Shown here piece by piece: positions 60,194-64,000 of a DNA stretch of 64,000 nt. Under the pieces are notes generated by a model, which searched no databases, had not been told where the DNA came from, and worked only from the letters and a program-made list of their open reading frames with translations. How positions within the stretch are numbered: position 1 is the first letter of the stretch; the number at the start of each line of letters is the position of its first letter. Source of the DNA: Spirochaetia bacterium (GTDB taxonomy: Bacteria; Spirochaetota; Spirochaetia; DSM-2461); NCBI GenBank assembly GCA_963668315.1, contig OY764216.1, positions 4,736,001 to 4,800,000 of the forward strand, given 5' to 3'. A program made the position numbers and the translations under genes.

Positions 60194-60244
60194 TTGACAT
60201 TGATAGGAATCTGGACTATTTTTTTATCGATAATTAATTATCCA
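60194..60244 (+). promoter_or_regulatory. Hydrogenase-operon promoter with putative Rex operator
   Basis: TTGACA (60194)-17-TATTTT; 18-bp near-palindrome TCGATAATTAATTATCCA (60227-44) at the predicted TSS. Confidence 0.55.
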
Positions 60245-60262
60245 TTAGGGAGGATAAAAAAT

Positions 60263-60511
60263 ATGATTGAAGTGACCCTTTGCATGGGAAGCTCCTGTTT
60301 CAGCAGAGGCAACGAAGCTGCTCTCAATTCTCTCGAAGAGTATATAGAAAAAAACGGCCTTTCGTCCCAGATATCCCTCAACGGAGAGCACTGTATGGGC
60401 GACTGCGCCCACGGGCCGAATATCCGCATCAACGGAATTAAGTACAACAATCTCCTCCCCGACGGAATTATCGAAATATTAAACCATTACCTGGAAGAAA
60501 ACCATGAATGA
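60263..60511 (+). CDS. Thioredoxin-like [2Fe-2S] ferredoxin (HfsA-like)
   Basis: LCMGSSCFSRGN..CMGDCAHGPNI; GGAGG SD. Confidence 0.85.
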   Translation: MIEVTLCMGSSCFSRGNEAALNSLEEYIEKNGLSSQISLNGEHCMGDCAHGPNIRINGIKYNNLLPDGIIEILNHYLEENHE

Positions 60512-62228
60512 CAGTTACCCCCTGTATACGGAAAAAAGAGAGTGTCAGGACTGTTACAAATGCGTCCGCCATTGCCCCGTCAAAGCCATATCCGTCAACG
60601 ACGGCTCTGCCCTGGTGACACCCGAACTCTGTATCTATTGCGGTAAATGCTATGAAATATGTCCTGTGGGAGCCAAGAAAGTGCCCCAGGAATTCAACCG
60701 GGCGGAACAAATCATCCGTCTGAAAGAGTCAGTTTACGTCTCCATGAGCCCCTCCTTCTTTTCGGAATTTTCCGATAGAAAGGATGAAGTTCTCTCTTTT
60801 CTCTATGCCAAGGGAATTGCCGGGGTGTCCGAAACAGCCATCGGGGCTGAATATGTATCCCGGGAGATTGACCGGCTGCTGGAAGCGAAAAGTGATAAAA
60901 AATTGATTTCCACAGCCTGTCCGGTTATTGTGAAGCTTATTAACCTTTACTACCCCGCTCTGAAGGACAATATGACGGCTGTGGCATCACCCATGGTCGT
61001 CCACGGTAGATATCTCAAGGAGAAATTCGGCCCTCAGACAGGAGTGATATTCATTGGCCCCTGCATAGCCAAAAAGGGTGAGGCCCGTGAAGAAGGGCAG
61101 GCCATAGACTGCGCTCTCACTTTCGAGGAACTGGAGAAATGGATGACCGAATCGGTCGGCGGTCCTCTCCGCGAAACGGTCTCCGGTCCCGTTCCGGAGG
61201 ATTTTCTGGAAGTCCGGTCCGGCAAAGCCTCTCTCTACCCTCTGGACGGGGGGATGATCCAGAGTCTGAGCGGGAAACACGGGGAAAACCACTCCTATCA
61301 CATCTCGGGAATAGACAGGGTCATGGAGATTCTGGGAGAGATTGAGTCAAGGCTGAACGACGGGGAAGGTGCCTTTTTTGAGCTCCTCTCCTGTTCGGGG
61401 GGCTGTATAAACGGCCCGGCCCGCACGGGGAGAATGTCCTTCTATAAAAAAAGCTCCCTCCTTTTCGACAACATGAAATCCCGCACCCCCTTTCCGGGAG
61501 GGGAAAATCCCGCCGTATACCACGACTACCGGAGCACCGTTCCTCTGAACAAGGTGCAGTTTTCCGAGGAAGAGATCGAGGCGACCCTGATCGGCCTGGA
61601 TAAGCGGAATAAGGACGACAGGCTCAACTGCGGCGGATGCGGCTATAATTCCTGCCGCGATTTCGCCATTGCCAAACTGCAGGGGAAGGCTGAGAAAGAG
61701 ATGTGCGCCGGCAATATGAGGAAACAGGCCCAGAAAAAGGTCAACGCCCTCATCAAAACGATTCCCGCCGGCGTGGTTATCGTGGATCATGACAAAAAGA
61801 TCGTCGAGTGCAACAGCCGCTTTCTGGACTTTTTCTCAGAGACCGATCTCTCCGACTATCAGGATATGACGGACAGGGCCAAGGGACTGAGCGTGGAAAA
61901 CTTCGGTCAGATTTCCCATCAGTACAGCGAGGTTCTCTTTCACAGGACCGAAAAAGAGGAGCGCATCAGATACGGGGACTCCGTCTACAAGGCGACTTTT
62001 TTCACCATTGAGAAGGATCGTCTGGCCGGCGCCATCTTCCAGGATGTAACCCAGCCCTCCATCAGGCGCGGCACTATTATCACCAAGGCCGAAGAGGTTA
62101 TCAGGAAGAATCTTGAGAGCGTGCAGCAGATCGCCTCCCTCCTGGGAGAAAACGCCGCCGAGACGGAAATCATCCTGAACTCTGTCATTGAAGAGCTCAA
62201 GCCGCCGGCAAAGAAGGACTTGAAGTGA
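60504..62228 (+). CDS. Putative sensory [FeFe]-hydrogenase with PAS domain (group C, HydS/HfsB-like)
   Basis: 2x[4Fe-4S] N-terminus; H-cluster motifs STACP, IGPCIAKKGE, ELLSCSGGCINGP; CGGCGY..C FeS domain; PAS; QQIASLLGE. Confidence 0.88.
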   Translation: MNDSYPLYTEKRECQDCYKCVRHCPVKAISVNDGSALVTPELCIYCGKCYEICPVGAKKVPQEFNRAEQIIRLKESVYVSMSPSFFSEFSDRKDEVLSFLYAKGIAGVSETAIGAEYVSREIDRLLEAKSDKKLISTACPVIVKLINLYYPALKDNMTAVASPMVVHGRYLKEKFGPQTGVIFIGPCIAKKGEAREEGQAIDCALTFEELEKWMTESVGGPLRETVSGPVPEDFLEVRSGKASLYPLDGGMIQSLSGKHGENHSYHISGIDRVMEILGEIESRLNDGEGAFFELLSCSGGCINGPARTGRMSFYKKSSLLFDNMKSRTPFPGGENPAVYHDYRSTVPLNKVQFSEEEIEATLIGLDKRNKDDRLNCGGCGYNSCRDFAIAKLQGKAEKEMCAGNMRKQAQKKVNALIKTIPAGVVIVDHDKKIVECNSRFLDFFSETDLSDYQDMTDRAKGLSVENFGQISHQYSEVLFHRTEKEERIRYGDSVYKATFFTIEKDRLAGAIFQDVTQPSIRRGTIITKAEEVIRKNLESVQQIASLLGENAAETEIILNSVIEELKPPAKKDLK

Positions 62229-63406
62229 AGTATTTCATCGATATTGCCTGGGCCCAGCAGATAAAAGAGGGACAGAGAATCGGCGGAGACGCGGTGTTCC
62301 TCTCCCGAACCAACGGGGACGACAGAAATATCTGTATTCTCTCCGACGGTCTGGGAAGCGGCGTCAAAGCCAATGTCCTGGCTACGATGACTGGTCGTAT
62401 GGCCCAGAGATACGTGGAGGAAGAGAAGGATATCATGCGGGCGGCGGAGATAATTATGAACACCCTGCCCGTCTGCCGTGAGAGGCGCATAAGCTACGCC
62501 ACTTTTACGATCTGCGACATCTCTCCCGACGGGGAAGCGCGGATCCTGGAATACGACAATCCTCCCTACATCATGATAAGAAATGGAAAAGTGCGGAAGG
62601 TGGAGAAAATCCGCAAGGAACTCAATCGGCCCAAGGCTTTCAAAAAGGAAGAGATCCTCTACTCGGAAGTCAAGCTCCAATACGGCGACAGGCTTGTCTT
62701 CTTTTCCGACGGGGTGACCCAGGCGGGACTCGGGACACCGGGCTATCCCCTGGGATGGCGGCAGAACAGAGTGGCCGAATTTCTGGAAAGACAGATGGCC
62801 AAGGATAAAACGCTTTCTGCCTGGCACTTGTGCCGTTCTCTGACGCGGCAGGCCCGCTTCCTGGACAAGGGGCACGCCATGGATGATATAACCGCCCTGT
62901 CCGTCTATTTCAGAAGGCCCCGGGAAACCCTGGTCGTGACCGGGCCTCCCATGGACAGCATCAACGACGCCCCCGTGGCCCGCAGAATTGCCGAGTTCCC
63001 CGGAAAAACCGTAGTGGCCGGGGGAACGACGGCCAATCTGGTTTCCCGGGAATTGAAGCGCAAACTGACGATCAACCTGAAAAGCCGGACGGAGAATGTT
63101 CCCCCCGCTTCGGAAATGGAGGGGATATCCCTGGTGACCGAAGGGATGCTTACCCTGAACCGGGTGGCGGAGATCCTGGAGAAGAAGGACGAAGAGGCCC
63201 TCTCCGGTTTCGACGGGGCTTCCCGCTTCGCCTCTCTGCTGATTAACAGCGACCGGGCCATTTTTCTGGTGGGGACAAGAATCAATGAAGCCCATCAGGA
63301 TCCGTCGATTCCCTTTGAGATCGGAATAAGACGGACGATTGTAAAACGGATAACCCAGGCTTTGGAAACGAATTACCTGAAGAAAACGAAGACAGAATAC
63401 ATTTGA
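62225..63406 (+). CDS. SpoIIE/PP2C-family Ser/Thr phosphatase (HfsC-like)
   Basis: LSDGLGSGVKANVLA, TLPVCRERRISYATF, FSDGVTQAG, DDIT, GGTTA. Confidence 0.88.
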   Translation: MKYFIDIAWAQQIKEGQRIGGDAVFLSRTNGDDRNICILSDGLGSGVKANVLATMTGRMAQRYVEEEKDIMRAAEIIMNTLPVCRERRISYATFTICDISPDGEARILEYDNPPYIMIRNGKVRKVEKIRKELNRPKAFKKEEILYSEVKLQYGDRLVFFSDGVTQAGLGTPGYPLGWRQNRVAEFLERQMAKDKTLSAWHLCRSLTRQARFLDKGHAMDDITALSVYFRRPRETLVVTGPPMDSINDAPVARRIAEFPGKTVVAGGTTANLVSRELKRKLTINLKSRTENVPPASEMEGISLVTEGMLTLNRVAEILEKKDEEALSGFDGASRFASLLINSDRAIFLVGTRINEAHQDPSIPFEIGIRRTIVKRITQALETNYLKKTKTEYI

Positions 63407-63449
63407 GATATCGGACCTACCCCTCAGGGGGCGCAGAAAGGAGTCAATC

Positions 63450-63710
63450 ATGGATAAAATAGAATTGGAAATTTGCACAGGAACCACCTGTTACTTACTG
63501 GGAGCCTCAGATCTTCTCGATGTTCTGGAGAATCTACCCGAACCCCTGAAGGAAAAGGTATCCCTCAGAGGAGTCGCCTGCCAGGATTTCTGCAAGAGCG
63601 GGGCCAAGCCTCCTTTTATAAAAATCAACGGAATCGTTATGGGAGAGATGTCCTCCGAAAGGCTGATCGCCACACTTGAAAACACTCTGGGAGATGAGAA
63701 CCTATGCTAG
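63450..63710 (+). CDS. Thioredoxin-like [2Fe-2S] ferredoxin
   Basis: ICTGTTCYLLG..CQDFC..PPFIKING; AAGGAG SD. Confidence 0.82.
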   Translation: MDKIELEICTGTTCYLLGASDLLDVLENLPEPLKEKVSLRGVACQDFCKSGAKPPFIKINGIVMGEMSSERLIATLENTLGDENLC

Positions 63711-64000
63711 CAATGAGAAACAATACGGCCTATATAAAAAGGGATATCATGTCTGAGGTGATCAGAATGATTAATGAAGATACCCTGGAAAAGGAGATCG
63801 ACGCCCTTCCCCCGCGCTTCTATCCCAGATCGGGAGCCTCCGTGCGCTGCTGTGTCTACAAGGACAGGGCCATGATCCGCTACCGCCTCCTGGGGGTGAT
63901 GGGCTTTTCCCTGGAAGAGGATGACGACGACACCCTCCTTTTAAGGGACTATGCGAAAAGAGCCCTGGAAAGGACCAGGAAGAAGCAGGTTAAGGACCTC
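63704..64000 (+). CDS. N-terminus of a monomeric [FeFe]-hydrogenase (group B / HfsD-like), truncated by the window edge
   Basis: Translated by hand: MLAMRNNTAYIKRDI..VRCCVYKDRAMIRYRL.., open to the window end; GGAG SD; operon context. Confidence 0.7.
   Translation, partial: MLAMRNNTAYIKRDIMSEVIRMINEDTLEKEIDALPPRFYPRSGASVRCCVYKDRAMIRYRLLGVMGFSLEEDDDDTLLLRDYAKRALERTRKKQVKDL

Overview
Core-genome region (about 50% GC) of an anaerobic, probably free-living spirochaete. The lineage call rests on the spirochaete-type CheY, the A-x-G-x-x-E binding-protein signal and a DUF5312-like protein. Housekeeping content: yajC-secD-secF, a nucleoside ABC transporter, folC, nrdR-nrdD-nrdG, cheY, topA, aspS, parAB, era, mnmE-mnmG-rsmG, rubrerythrin, ychF, cysH and rex. 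A sensory [FeFe]-hydrogenase (hfs/HydS-like) operon runs off the right edge. I found no tRNA, rRNA, CRISPR array, transposase or prophage. Highlights: (1) a split class III ribonucleotide reductase whose glycyl-radical motif sits on a separate polypeptide fused, through an acidic linker, to a CPNC redoxin domain, with coiled-coil-like segments on both sides of the split; (2) an ammonium transporter-HAMP-MCP fusion; (3) about 10 genes with apparently leaderless transcripts; (4) an orphan sRNA or micropeptide unit next to a WYL regulator; (5) a (CCCCTTT)8 G4-prone array at the aspS promoter; (6) an APS reductase with an N-terminal redoxin-like domain; (7) a CBS-kinase/DRTGG/PHP module that may pair with the hydrogenase-linked SpoIIE phosphatase. 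All calls come from reading motifs by eye; no database searches were run.
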